Assembly (NCBI GenBank): GCA_964529315.1
Contig: CAZGUU010000001.1
Span: 2,902-66,901 of the forward strand
Length of the DNA: 64,000 bases
Direction: 5' to 3'
DNA from: an uncultured Enterobacteriaceae bacterium
GTDB lineage: Bacteria; Desulfobacterota; Binatia; UBA12015
A program made the translations under genes and the position numbers. The notes under the pieces were generated by a model. That model had not been told where the DNA came from and searched no databases. It was given only the letters and a program-made list of their open reading frames with translations. Numbering within the stretch: the stretch's first letter is position 1; every line of letters begins with the position of its first letter. Positions 45,653 through 54,661 of the stretch are shown piece after piece.

Positions 45653-47002
45653 TCAGGATGGCTGCTTCGTCAGGCTGCTCTCGAGCCCCTGGATGGTCGC
45701 GCGAAGCGCTGGGTCCCCGTCCAATCGGCGTGAGATGACGGTCTGGGCGTGGATCACCGTCGAGTGATCCCGCCCTCCGAACTTCGCGCCGATGACCGGG
45801 AAGGACGCGGCGACGAGCTTGCGCGACAGGTACATGGCAATCTGTCGCGGCACCGAGAGGTTCTGTGTCCTGCGCTTCGACTTGATCTCCGTCAGAGAGA
45901 GGCCGAAGTGCGCGCAAACCGCCTGCTGGACGTCGTCGATCGTCAGCTCCCGGCGGCGCTCGCGAAGGTGAGGCTGCAGCACGCTGCGTGCGAAGGGAAC
46001 CGTGATCTCGGCCCGTTGTAGAGAGGCCATCGCCCCGAGGCGCGTCAGGGCACCCTCGAGCTCGCGGACGTTGGTGGTGATCTCGGCGGCCATGAACGAG
46101 GCCACCTCCTCCGAGAGCGAGAACCCCTCCATCTCGGCCTTCTTTTGCAAGATGGCGACCCGGGTCTCCATCTCGGGAGCCTGGATGTCTGCGGTGAGGC
46201 CCCACTCGAAACGGTTGCGCAGGCGCTCCTCGAGGTCGGGGATGTCCTTGGGGAACTTGTCGGAGGTCAAGATGATCTGGCGGTGGCCTTCGTGCAGCGT
46301 GTTGAAAGTGTGGAAGAACTCCTCCTGGGTCCGCTCGCGGCCGGCGAGAAACTGGACGTCGTCGATGATCAGCAGGTCGACCTGACGCAGGCGGTTCTTG
46401 AACTCGTCCATGCGGTCGCGCCTGAGGGACGAGATCATGTCGTTCACGAACGACTCGCTCGCCATGTAGACGATCTTAGCCGAGGGGTTCCGCTTGAGGA
46501 CCGAGTGGCCGATGGCATTCACCAGGTGGGTCTTTCCCACCCCGACCCACCCGTAGACGAAGAGGGGGTTGTAGTGCTCGCCCGGCCGTCCCGCGACGGC
46601 GAGGGAAGCCGCGTGTGCGAACTCGTTGCTCGGCCCGACGACGAAGTTCTCGAAGGTGTAGTGCGGAACCAGATTGCCGACGCGAGCCGCCGGGCGTCGC
46701 ATCGCGGTGCGCGGCAGGGCCTCGGACTGGGTCTCGGCGGGCGCCGCGAAGAGCTCTCCCTGGTTGCCGTCGTCGACGCGAAAGACGATCTCCGGAGGCG
46801 GCTCGCTGCCGACTCGCAAGCAGGTCTTGATGGCGCCCAGGAAGTTGCGAGCGACCCAGTCGCGATAAAACTTGCTCGGTGCGCTGATGCACACCTTTCC
46901 GGCCCCGACCGAGGTGAATCGCAGGGGCTTGATCCAGGTCTCGAAGTTCCCCTCGCCGACCCGGTCGCGCAGGGCGACGCGGGCCTCCTCCCAGCTTTCC
47001 AT
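45653..47002 (-). CDS. dnaA: Chromosomal replication initiator protein DnaA
   Basis: 449 aa. AAA+ GxxGxGKTHL. DNA-binding domain IV at the C-terminus. RBS GAGGGG. Confidence 0.97.
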   Translation of the reverse strand: MESWEEARVALRDRVGEGNFETWIKPLRFTSVGAGKVCISAPSKFYRDWVARNFLGAIKTCLRVGSEPPPEIVFRVDDGNQGELFAAPAETQSEALPRTAMRRPAARVGNLVPHYTFENFVVGPSNEFAHAASLAVAGRPGEHYNPLFVYGWVGVGKTHLVNAIGHSVLKRNPSAKIVYMASESFVNDMISSLRRDRMDEFKNRLRQVDLLIIDDVQFLAGRERTQEEFFHTFNTLHEGHRQIILTSDKFPKDIPDLEERLRNRFEWGLTADIQAPEMETRVAILQKKAEMEGFSLSEEVASFMAAEITTNVRELEGALTRLGAMASLQRAEITVPFARSVLQPHLRERRRELTIDDVQQAVCAHFGLSLTEIKSKRRTQNLSVPRQIAMYLSRKLVAASFPVIGAKFGGRDHSTVIHAQTVISRRLDGDPALRATIQGLESSLTKQPS

Positions 47003-47031
47003 ACGGGTTACCCCTCTGCCGGCAAGAGGTT

Positions 47032-47185
47032 ATTCACAGGAATGTGCACACCTGTGGATGATCGAATATTCCACCCGAATTCCGGTGGTTTGCACCCACC
47101 AGCGCCAGGCCATTTTCACCTCGAACGACACTCTCTGAAGGGCGCCCGTTGGTTCGTGTTCCGGGACGGGCGGCCGAGATCCACA
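47032..47185. promoter_or_regulatory. DnaA-box-like motifs in the dnaA 5' region (autoregulation and/or a second oriC candidate), followed by an A-rich stretch at 47200-47400
   Basis: TTATTCACA (47032-40, 8/9). TGTGGATGA, which is the reverse of TCATCCACA (47055-63, 8/9). AGATCCACA (47177-85, 7/9). Confidence 0.45.
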
Positions 47186-47409
47186 CCGTGAGAAAACAAT
47201 GAGCCGTGGGATGCGAGAAAATGTCGTGCCTGCAGGCGCGAGGGCGCTTCTCTAGCGCCCGACCTTTCGCAGTTGCAAGAAGAAAAGCGAAAGCAGATGA
47301 GAAAGCTCCCGATATTGCACGAGAAAAAACTTCCGAGCGCGATTTCCTTGACGCTGCTGCGGGAGGTTGGTAAGCGCCGGTCTCCCTTTTCCCCATTGGA
47401 CATCGCAAC

Positions 47410-48690
47410 TTGCGAGAGGCATCACGAAAACTGCTGGCCCGCGCATCGCGGGTGTTGCCAGCTGGGGTAAACAGCCCGGTTCGCGCGTGGCGCGCGGTGG
47501 GAGGCGATCCCCCCTTCATCATTCGCGGTGAGGGAGTGCGCGTCGTCGATGCCGACGGCAACTCCTACCTCGATCTCGTCGGCGCCTGGGGCCCGCTCGT
47601 TGCGGGGCACGCGCCACCTCCCGTGGTCGCCGCGGTAGTCGAAGCCGTGCGGCGGGGAGCCGGCTTTGGTGCGCCGACACCCGTCGAGGTCGATCTCGCG
47701 GAGCGAGTGACGCAAGCCTTTCCCACGATCGAGAGGTTGCGTCTCGTCACCTCCGGAACCGAGGCGACGATGACCGCGATCCGCATCGCGCGGGCTGCGA
47801 CGGGCCGGTCGCGGCTGATCAAGTTCAATGGCTGCTATCACGGTCACAGCGACGACCTCTTGGTGCGCGCGGGGTCCGGCGCGGCGACGTTTGGGATCCC
47901 AGACAGCGCGGGCGTGCCCGAGGAGGCATCGCGGCTGACCAGCGTCGTGGAATACAACGATCTCCCCGGATTCCGTTCGGCCGTGCGAGAGGGGGCCCCG
48001 GTGGCGGCGGTGATCCTGGAGCCGATCGCCGCCAACATGGGGGTCGTTCCCCCGGAGCCCGGCTTTCTGGAGGGAGTCGTCGAGGCGGCACACGACCAGG
48101 GTGCGCTGGTGATTTTCGACGAGGTGATCTCGGGATTCCGGGTGGCGCGTGGTGGGGCACAGCAACTCTACGGCGTCGCGGCCGATCTCACCTGCCTCGG
48201 CAAGATCATCGGCGGCGGCTTGCCGGTCGGAGCGGTGGGCGGCCGAGCCGAGTTGCTCGATCTCCTTGCTCCGCTCGGGCCCGTCTACCAGGCGGGCACT
48301 CTCGCCGGAAACCCCGTGGCGTGTGCCGCCGGGTACGCGACACTGGAGTTGCTCACACCGGAGGCATACGCACGGCTCGAGGAGGCCGGGGCTTTTCTCG
48401 AGCGCGCCCTGAGAGGCGCGCTCGAGGATTCGTCGGTGATCGGCTGCGTGCAGCGCGCGGGCTCTCTTCTCACCATCTTTTTCGGGGTCGAGCGGGTGCG
48501 GAACTTCGTCGAGGCACAAGCCTGCGATACTGCGGCTTTCGCCCGCTTCTTCCGGAGGATGTTCGAGCGAGGCGTATACCTTCCGCCGTCTCAGTTCGAG
48601 GCGTGGTTCCTGAGCCTCGCGCATCGGCAAGAAGACCTCGATGAAATCGTGGCGGCTGCCCGTTCGAGCCTCGCTGGATCGAACGGTTGA
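47410..48690 (+). CDS. hemL: Glutamate-1-semialdehyde 2,1-aminomutase
   Basis: TTG start. ASRKLLARASRVLPAGVNSPVRAW aligns with the E. coli HemL N-terminus. PLP lysine context GKIIGGGLPVGA. Confidence 0.92.
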   Translation: MREASRKLLARASRVLPAGVNSPVRAWRAVGGDPPFIIRGEGVRVVDADGNSYLDLVGAWGPLVAGHAPPPVVAAVVEAVRRGAGFGAPTPVEVDLAERVTQAFPTIERLRLVTSGTEATMTAIRIARAATGRSRLIKFNGCYHGHSDDLLVRAGSGAATFGIPDSAGVPEEASRLTSVVEYNDLPGFRSAVREGAPVAAVILEPIAANMGVVPPEPGFLEGVVEAAHDQGALVIFDEVISGFRVARGGAQQLYGVAADLTCLGKIIGGGLPVGAVGGRAELLDLLAPLGPVYQAGTLAGNPVACAAGYATLELLTPEAYARLEEAGAFLERALRGALEDSSVIGCVQRAGSLLTIFFGVERVRNFVEAQACDTAAFARFFRRMFERGVYLPPSQFEAWFLSLAHRQEDLDEIVAAARSSLAGSNG

Positions 48691-48956
48691 GTTCTTCGCC
48701 GGCCGTGCCCCAAGGTAAGCAGCCGACGCCCGCCCAGCGGCGGCGTGAGCTGGCGATCCAGATGACGGCGCTCGGCCTCGAGTTTTCCGGGTCCGTTCTC
48801 GGCGGGCTCGGGCTGGGCTACTACCTCGACCAGTGGCTCGGGACGGAGCCGTGGTTGCTGATCCTTGCGACCTTCGGAGGCATGGGAGCCGCGGTGAGCC
48901 GCCTGATCGTGCTGACGAAGCGCTTTCAGCGGATTCGTGGGGATGGTGAGCGCTGA
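48687..48956 (+). CDS. atpZ: AtpZ-family small membrane protein encoded ahead of atpI
   Basis: LGLGYYLDQWLGTEPWLLILATFGGMGAAV matches the AtpZ DxWLGT motif. TTG start overlapping the hemL stop. An ATG at 48762 is an alternative start. Confidence 0.65.
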   Translation: MSSSPAVPQGKQPTPAQRRRELAIQMTALGLEFSGSVLGGLGLGYYLDQWLGTEPWLLILATFGGMGAAVSRLIVLTKRFQRIRGDGER

Positions 48957-49332
48957 AGAGCCGCGCATGGCCGGAGGCACGCCACGCGTCCTTCTCTGGC
49001 AGGCTCTCTTGACCGTCATTCTCGTGGGCGTTGTGGGTGCCAGCGGCCGGGGTTCCCCGGCCAGCGTGGCGCTCGGGGCGGCCTTGCTCGGGGGAAGCTT
49101 CCTCTTGCAAAGGTGGGCCGTCTCGGCCGCGCTGCGTGCACGGCCCCGGCCCGCGCTAGCGGTCGGCCTCTTCCTGCTGAAGCTCGGACTGCTGCTCGGC
49201 TTGGTGCTGGCGGGTCTGGGAAGCTCTCGGGTCGCCCCGATCTCCCTGGCGGCCGGGGCAACTACGCTGTGGCTCGCGATTCTCGTTGAGACATGCTACT
49301 GCGCCCGCCTGTCCCACGGTCGGGACGCCTGA
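48937..49332 (+). CDS. atpI: ATP synthase protein I (AtpI)
   Basis: 131 aa, four hydrophobic segments, immediately upstream of atpB. GTG start. An ATG at 48967 is an alternative start. Confidence 0.65.
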   Translation: MGMVSAEEPRMAGGTPRVLLWQALLTVILVGVVGASGRGSPASVALGAALLGGSFLLQRWAVSAALRARPRPALAVGLFLLKLGLLLGLVLAGLGSSRVAPISLAAGATTLWLAILVETCYCARLSHGRDA

Positions 49333-49363
49333 CGACTTCGTCGAGGAAGGCCTCGAAATCCGA

Positions 49364-50071
49364 ATGGAACACCCGTTCACCTGGACGTACGCCCTGGGAA
49401 TCCCCCAGCATTTCGAGTACTTCGCTGTGGCCTGCCTGGTCATGGGGGTCGTGCTCCTACTCGCCTTTCGTGCCCGAGCGGCGCTCGGGAGCGAGGCAGC
49501 GGTGGTCCCGGACGAGACGCTGACGGCGCGAAACGTCTTCGAGCTGGTCACCGAGGCGATCGGCGGCCTTGCTCACAGCGTGATTGGCCACCACAGCGAG
49601 CGCTACGTGCCGCTTCTGTGCTCGTTCTTCCTGTACATCTTAGCCTGCAACGCGATGGGCCTGCTGCCGGGCCTGATGCCGCCGACGAGCAATTTCAACA
49701 TCACCTTCGCGCTCGGGACGGTGTCCTTTCTCGCCTTCAACTACTACGGATTTCGCGCCCAGGGAGTCGCCTACCTCAAGCACTTCGCCGGCCCGATCTG
49801 GTGGTTGGCCGTCCTGATGGTCCCGCTGGAGCTCATCGGAGCGCTGGTGCGGCCGTTCTCGCTTGGCTTGCGTCTCTTCGGCAACCTCTTCGGCGACCAC
49901 CTCGTGCTGGAGATCTTCACCAGCCTGACCAAGGTCGGAGTCCCCGTGGTCTTCTATCTCCTGGGTAGCCTCGTCGTGGTGATCCAGGCATTCGTCTTCA
50001 CTCTGCTGAGCATGATCTACATCGCGCTGGCCGTCTCGCATCACGACGAGGCGGTCGCGGACATGCTGTAG
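49364..50071 (+). CDS. atpB: F0F1 ATP synthase subunit a
   Basis: Trimmed to MEHPFTWTYALGIPQ. Conserved LRLFGNLFGDHLVL (the essential Arg). Confidence 0.92.
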   Translation: MEHPFTWTYALGIPQHFEYFAVACLVMGVVLLLAFRARAALGSEAAVVPDETLTARNVFELVTEAIGGLAHSVIGHHSERYVPLLCSFFLYILACNAMGLLPGLMPPTSNFNITFALGTVSFLAFNYYGFRAQGVAYLKHFAGPIWWLAVLMVPLELIGALVRPFSLGLRLFGNLFGDHLVLEIFTSLTKVGVPVVFYLLGSLVVVIQAFVFTLLSMIYIALAVSHHDEAVADML

Positions 50072-50185
50072 GTCGCGGCTCTAGTCTACGCAGCTCGAAG
50101 GCCGTGGGCGTGGTGTGGCGAGGATGAGGACAGAGGAGTGCCCATCGAGCGGCCGCGGGCGGGCGGGAAAGGAGGAAAGAAGCTC

Positions 50186-50518
50186 ATGATCAGATCGACC
50201 CTCAAGGGCGCGCTCGTAGCGCTCTTCACCGTGGCCTTTGCCGTTCTGGGCCAGTCCACGGCGTTTGCAGCCGACGCTGCCGCGGGCGGCGGCGACAAGG
50301 CGATGATCGCCCTTGCTGCCGGCATCGCCATCGCCGGCGCCGCCATCGGCGCCGCCATCGGACAAGGGCGTGCCGTCGCGGCCGCCATGGAGTCGATCGG
50401 CCGCAATCCCAACGCGGCAGATCGAATCCAGACGCCGATGATCCTCGGCCTCGCGTTCATCGAGGCCCTGGCGATCTACGCTCTCGTGATCGCCTTCTTG
50501 CTCCAGGGCAAGATCTGA
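50186..50518 (+). CDS. atpE: F0F1 ATP synthase subunit c, with a roughly 38-aa signal-peptide-like N-terminal extension
   Basis: Mature-like core [46 protein letters not shown] (loop RNP, carboxylate E). Extension [38 protein letters not shown], with the strong RBS AAAGGAGGA before the ATG at 50186. Confidence 0.88.
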   Translation: MIRSTLKGALVALFTVAFAVLGQSTAFAADAAAGGGDKAMIALAAGIAIAGAAIGAAIGQGRAVAAAMESIGRNPNAADRIQTPMILGLAFIEALAIYALVIAFLLQGKI

Positions 50519-50547
50519 GGGCTCTCGAGTCACCGACGTGAACAAAC

Positions 50548-50588
50548 GATCGCCCCGCCGGCGTTGCTGGCGGGGCGATCGCGTTTCC
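50548..50588 (+). terminator. Rho-independent terminator after atpE: a 12-bp perfect GC stem (GATCGCCCCGCC / GGCGGGGCGATC), 9-nt loop, then GCGTTTCC
   Basis: Seen directly, 30 nt after the atpE stop. Confidence 0.6.
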
Positions 50589-50654
50589 GGCCGAGGCCGG
50601 TACGTTGGAACCCCCTTGTCCAGGCCCGAACCAGGGCCCCGGGCCCCACGCCCA

Positions 50655-50682
50655 TTGACAGCTACGGGGGCGGCCGTCTAAT
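50655..50682 (+). promoter_or_regulatory. Sigma70-like promoter (TTGACA, 16 nt, TCTAAT) for the ParB paralogue
   Basis: Seen directly, 66 nt upstream of the GTG at 50749. Confidence 0.45.
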
Positions 50683-50748
50683 GGGGCGGCCACGGCGACT
50701 GGCCTCGCGAGGGCGTAGGCCTACAGGACGGGTGGAGGGGGTGCTGTT

Positions 50749-51783
50749 GTGGAGAACGCAGCCTGGTCCCGGACCGCTCGAGAGCTACCGGCCGGAGCCC
50801 CACGCGGGGGCGATGCACAGCAGGTCGCCGATAGCCCCGCGGGCGACCTCGAGCCAGCGGGTGCTCTGGCAGTCTCGCTAGCTGCCAAGAAGGATGTGGT
50901 GCCCGCGGTTGCCCGAGTCGCCGCAGCCGGGCACTTCATCGGGCGCCGCCGGACGTTCTTCGCCGCGGTCCCCATCGCGTTAGTCAAGCCGAACCCGCAC
51001 CAGCCGCGGCAGTACTTCGACCCGACCTCTCTGGCCGAGTTGGCCGAGTCGATCCGCGAGAGGGGCCTGCTGCAGCCGATCATCGTTCGCCGAGGGCCGG
51101 ATGGCGAATACACGCTGGTCGCCGGGGAGCGCCGACTCCGGGCAGCCGAGCTGGCCGGGGTTGCCCTGGTCCCGGCGATCCTGAGCGACGACGACCTGCT
51201 CGAGGTGGCTCTCGAAGAGAACGTGCAACGGGAGGATCTCTCGCCCCTGGAGGAGGCCGAGGCTCTGGCGGTGCTCGCACAGGAGCGCGGCCACTCCCAT
51301 GCCGAGCTGGCGCAGGTGATCCACAAGAGCCGCCCGTACGTCTCCAATACGTTGGCGCTCACCCGCCTGCCCGACGACGTGAAACACGAGTATTTCAGAG
51401 AGGGTAGGACTGTTTCGCGCGAGATCATGATCAATATCGCCCGCCAGGAGAGCCCCGAGCAGATGCGATCCCTATGGCGGCGGGTGAAGCTTCAGTCGAT
51501 TTCGGTGCGCAGCTTCCGAAGCGCCGAGCAGGGAAAGACGACGGCGTCTCCCGAGGCGGGCATCCTGCGCTCTGCGAGACGACTGGATCGAGCGCTGCGG
51601 TCGCTCCCCGAGGAGGCGAGGCTCAACCGCGACCAGGTCGTCGGCCTCGAGCGCGCGCTGCGGCGTACGATTCGCAGGGCCGCGGCGCTGGTCGACGAAC
51701 TCGCCTCCGGGATCCGCACCGTGGAGGGTCCCGCCGACCATTGCCCCCCGAAGCTGCAGCCACGCCGAGCGGGAGGAGAATGA
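50749..51783 (+). CDS. Orphan ParB/Srx-family protein: ParB N-domain with GERRLRAA and an HTH, but a C-terminus unlike ParB and no adjacent ParA
   Basis: VPIALVKPNPHQPRQYF..LLQPIIVRR..LVAGERRLRAAELAG..VALEENVQREDLSPLEEAEA..HKSRPYVSNTLAL aligns block-for-block with the ParB at 17963. GTG start with RBS GGAGGGGG. Confidence 0.8.
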   Translation: MENAAWSRTARELPAGAPRGGDAQQVADSPAGDLEPAGALAVSLAAKKDVVPAVARVAAAGHFIGRRRTFFAAVPIALVKPNPHQPRQYFDPTSLAELAESIRERGLLQPIIVRRGPDGEYTLVAGERRLRAAELAGVALVPAILSDDDLLEVALEENVQREDLSPLEEAEALAVLAQERGHSHAELAQVIHKSRPYVSNTLALTRLPDDVKHEYFREGRTVSREIMINIARQESPEQMRSLWRRVKLQSISVRSFRSAEQGKTTASPEAGILRSARRLDRALRSLPEEARLNRDQVVGLERALRRTIRRAAALVDELASGIRTVEGPADHCPPKLQPRRAGGE

Positions 51784-51911
51784 TCCGAGCTACCCCAGCC
51801 GGTGATTCGTTCGGCTCGAGCTGGTTCACCCCTTACGGGCGCTAGGAGCGGGCTGAAGAGAGTGACATGCCCGGCCGAAAGAGGTAACAGGGCCAAGCGG
51901 GGGAGGAGACC

Positions 51912-52502
51912 ATGGGAGCGCGGAGATCCGTCGGGTTCGGCCTGATCTGCCTTTGGATGTGGCTCGCCGGAGCGGCTGGCGCCGCGGCGCAGGGCGACGG
52001 CGGAGTCGGCTGCGAGGGGATCTCTCCCGAGCGACCGTACCTCTGCGACGTGGGTGATCCGAAGCCTTTGTCGCTGCAGAGCTTCCGCACCATCCTGTCG
52101 ACCAATGAAGCGGTGCGCGACACGGTCGCGCGGATCGGCATGCCAGACTTCGCCGAGCTGCAGAGGGTCGACGTCGAGTCGCCCTGGGCGAGCTACGAAA
52201 TCCGCGCCTACTATCGCTCATTCAACAAGATGTACGCCTTCGCGCGTGCCTTCCTCCTGGGCAGACCGGGTGTTGCGCTGGTCCGCTTCACCGGACCGAT
52301 CCCGCCCGAGAAGCGCGCGCAAATGGCTGGTGCACTGCCCGCTCGCGCCGCTCTCGATCCGGAGCAGGAGGCGCTGCGAGCCGAGCGCGCGGCGGCAGAG
52401 GCCGAGGCGCTCGCCGAGCGGGCCGAGAAGAGGGCTGACAAGGCGGAAGCCATCGCCGACACGGCAGGCCGGGAGTTCCGGCAAAGCCTGGTGAAGCAGT
52501 AG
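51912..52502 (+). CDS. Hypothetical secreted protein with a C-terminal Ala/Glu/Arg-rich coiled coil
   Basis: Strong RBS GGGGGAGGAG. Signal peptide MGARRSVGFGLICLWMWLAGAAGAAAQG. Two Cys (GCEGISPERPYLCD). Confidence 0.6.
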   Translation: MGARRSVGFGLICLWMWLAGAAGAAAQGDGGVGCEGISPERPYLCDVGDPKPLSLQSFRTILSTNEAVRDTVARIGMPDFAELQRVDVESPWASYEIRAYYRSFNKMYAFARAFLLGRPGVALVRFTGPIPPEKRAQMAGALPARAALDPEQEALRAERAAAEAEALAERAEKRADKAEAIADTAGREFRQSLVKQ

Positions 52503-52559
52503 GCGAAGAGCAGCGGGCTCACCCGACCTCCGAGGTCCGTTCAGAGCCGTGGCCCACGC

Positions 52560-53507
52560 GTGAGGGCGCTGATCTGGGATGGCGCGACGCTGCGCGTTGT
52601 CGATGGCGCCCCCGATCCGCAAGGCCATGGCGAGATGGCCGTGGTCCGGGTGCGGGTTGCCGGGATCTGTTCTACCGACCTCGAGATCGTGCGGGGCTAT
52701 CTAGGCTTCAAGGGGATTCCCGGGCATGAATTCGTCGGCGACGTGGTATCCGGACCAAGCGCGCTCGTCGGACGCCGGGTCGTGGGAGAGATCAACTTCG
52801 CCTGCGGCCGCTGCCGGACCTGTCTTGCAGGTCGCCGGCGGCACTGCCCCGGGCGGACGGTGCTGGGGATCGTCGGCGCGGATGGCGCCCTAGCCGAAAG
52901 GCTGGCGATTCCAAAGGAGAATCTCCACGTCATCCCGGAGAGCCTCGAGGACCGCATAGCGGTATTTGCAGAGCCCACCGCCGCAGCGTTCGAAGCCGCC
53001 CTGCAGACCGAGCACGTCGCCGGCGGACGCACCCTGGTGCTCGGCGCCGGAAAGCTGGGCTTGCTGATCGCGCAAGTATTGGTGGTACGAGGCGATCACG
53101 TGTCCGTGCTGGCACGTCGAGAGCGAGCCCGGGAAGTCGCCGTGCAGCTGGGCCTGAATGCCGTGCCCGCCGATCCGGCGCCCGGGTCCTGGGATCTGGT
53201 CGTCGACGCAACCGGAGATGTCACGGGGTTCGAAGCGGCGATCCGGGCGGTTCGGCCGTTGGGTGTCGTGGTTCTCAAGTCGACGGTCGCCAGGCCTTAC
53301 GAGGTCGACCTTACGCCGTTGGTGGTCAACGAGGTGAGCGTCGTCGGCTCGCGGTGTGGTCCCTTCGAGCCGGCGATCGACGCTCTGGCGCGGGGAACCG
53401 TGTCCGTTGCACCGCTCGTCGATGCGATCATCCCTCTAAGCGAGGGCGTCGAGGCGTTCCAAAGGGCTGCGCGCCCCGGGGCTCTGAAGGTACTCGTGTG
53501 TCCCTGA
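52560..53507 (+). CDS. Zinc-dependent alcohol dehydrogenase (MDR) family protein
   Basis: GICSTDLEIVRG..GHEFVGDV (catalytic Zn). FACGRCRTCLAGRRRHC (structural Zn). Rossmann VLGAGKLG. Confidence 0.85.
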   Translation: MRALIWDGATLRVVDGAPDPQGHGEMAVVRVRVAGICSTDLEIVRGYLGFKGIPGHEFVGDVVSGPSALVGRRVVGEINFACGRCRTCLAGRRRHCPGRTVLGIVGADGALAERLAIPKENLHVIPESLEDRIAVFAEPTAAAFEAALQTEHVAGGRTLVLGAGKLGLLIAQVLVVRGDHVSVLARRERAREVAVQLGLNAVPADPAPGSWDLVVDATGDVTGFEAAIRAVRPLGVVVLKSTVARPYEVDLTPLVVNEVSVVGSRCGPFEPAIDALARGTVSVAPLVDAIIPLSEGVEAFQRAARPGALKVLVCP

Positions 53508-53532
53508 GCCCCCGGGGCCGGGCAGCTGAGCA

Positions 53533-53970
53533 TCAGGCGCGCTTGCGCGCGCCCCGGTCGCGAACCGTGATCGAGTGGCGCTTGCCGTTCACTCGGCGGA
53601 ACGGGAAGCGATAGACGTGCGCCTTGCCGCTGACCCTCTCGTCCCGCCATGCGCGGAGACCGTTTCGCAGGGTCTCCGGCTCGAAGCGCAGAGCAGAGCA
53701 GACGTTCTCGAAAGAGTAGGGCCAGCTGGTGTCGGTCGAGTTGATCCACTGCTCGGCATCTTCGAACAGCTTTTGATTGCGCCGGCTTGGCTCCGTCGCG
53801 TAGCGCTGATACGTGGCGACGGCGTCCTCCATCACGGCCAGCATCAACCGGATCTCGGGCTGATCGGTCCGCTCGGCCCGAACCCTGTCCCGATGCTGGT
53901 CGGGAGTGATCAGATCCGGCTCGAAAAGACGGACGACGTTCTCTTCGGCTACCGAGTTGGTTGGGTCCAT
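53533..53970 (-). CDS. Hypothetical protein (145 aa) with a basic C-terminus
   Basis: Trimmed to an ATG with RBS GGGGAGG (MDPTNSVAEENVV..). GC3-rich codons. Family not recognised. Confidence 0.5.
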   Translation of the reverse strand: MDPTNSVAEENVVRLFEPDLITPDQHRDRVRAERTDQPEIRLMLAVMEDAVATYQRYATEPSRRNQKLFEDAEQWINSTDTSWPYSFENVCSALRFEPETLRNGLRAWRDERVSGKAHVYRFPFRRVNGKRHSITVRDRGARKRA

Positions 53971-54072
53971 GAAGCCTCCCCTTGGCTGAGGTTCGTCATC
54001 ATGCACCTCGCGTGCCAGCCCAGATCTCCGCATGGAGGGCCCGCGACGTTGAAAGTCAGGCCGAGGCGTGTT

Positions 54073-54101
54073 GGATTGTGACAACCTGTAGGATTGCGAC
54101 A
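54073..54101. repeat. Direct repeat GGATTG(T/C)GACA, two copies 18 bp apart, in the divergent intergenic region; the first copy contains the palindrome TTGTGACAA
   Basis: Seen directly: 54073-54083 and 54091-54101. Confidence 0.4.
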
Positions 54102-54115
54102 TCTGGAAGTCCCTC

Positions 54116-54646
54116 GTGACCAACTCGTCAGAAGCTGCCAAGAAGGCGCCTCCCCCACCGACGCTGAGCCGGCTCGCGGCGGAGGCTCTCATCGAGACTA
54201 TCGACGGTCCGGTGGAGATCGTTAAGCTCGTGGGCAAGACCATCCCGGTCCTGACGCGCCTCGGGGACGGCTCGCTCGGCTTCCGGATGATGCGCGAGGT
54301 CCGCCAGATCGAGTCCGACGACCCCCTTCTCGAGGTGGAGAGCTCGGATGGCCAGACCGTGAGGGTGGGGTCGGACCACGTCTTCGTGCGGGTGGATGGA
54401 TCCGACGTGCGCGCGGCCGATCTCGTCGTCGGCGAGCTACTCGAGCCAGCCTGGAGCTATCCGGAGGGCTACGCTTTCCCCGACGCTCCGGAATACGCTC
54501 CGGCGCTGCGCGGGCGCCCGTTCGACCGAGCCGTGCTGGTCGCGGCGGTCCGCCCTGCCGGTAGCGGCCCGCTGTTCGGATCGAGCGTCAGCGAGACAAA
54601 GAGCTACTTCCTTGCCTTGGGTGCACGGGCTCGGGCGCAGGTTTGA
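54116..54646 (+). CDS. Hypothetical protein (176 aa) with weak resemblance to the N-terminal half of a Hint (intein/Hedgehog) fold; the catalytic residues appear substituted
   Basis: GC3-rich coding. ALIETIDGPVEIVKLVG resembles intein block A (C-L-x-x-D-T..DG..V.I.ELV) but with Ala in place of Cys1. GQTVRVGSDHVFVRVDGSDVRAADLVVGELL resembles block B (TxxH...G.W..A.EL..GD). GTG start with a weak RBS. Confidence 0.5.
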   Translation: MTNSSEAAKKAPPPPTLSRLAAEALIETIDGPVEIVKLVGKTIPVLTRLGDGSLGFRMMREVRQIESDDPLLEVESSDGQTVRVGSDHVFVRVDGSDVRAADLVVGELLEPAWSYPEGYAFPDAPEYAPALRGRPFDRAVLVAAVRPAGSGPLFGSSVSETKSYFLALGARARAQV

Positions 54647-54661
54647 GTGAGGCCGGGCGGA

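Noticed and set aside
47101-47125. parS-like TTTTCACCTCGAAC in the dnaA upstream region
   Set aside because: Three mismatches in the central CGTG core. More likely a chance match within the DnaA-box region.
51355-51375. Perfect parS half-site GTGAAACA inside the ParB-paralogue gene
   Set aside because: The other half (CCGACGAC) does not match at all, and a half-site alone is too weak. I mention it only in the ParB-paralogue finding.
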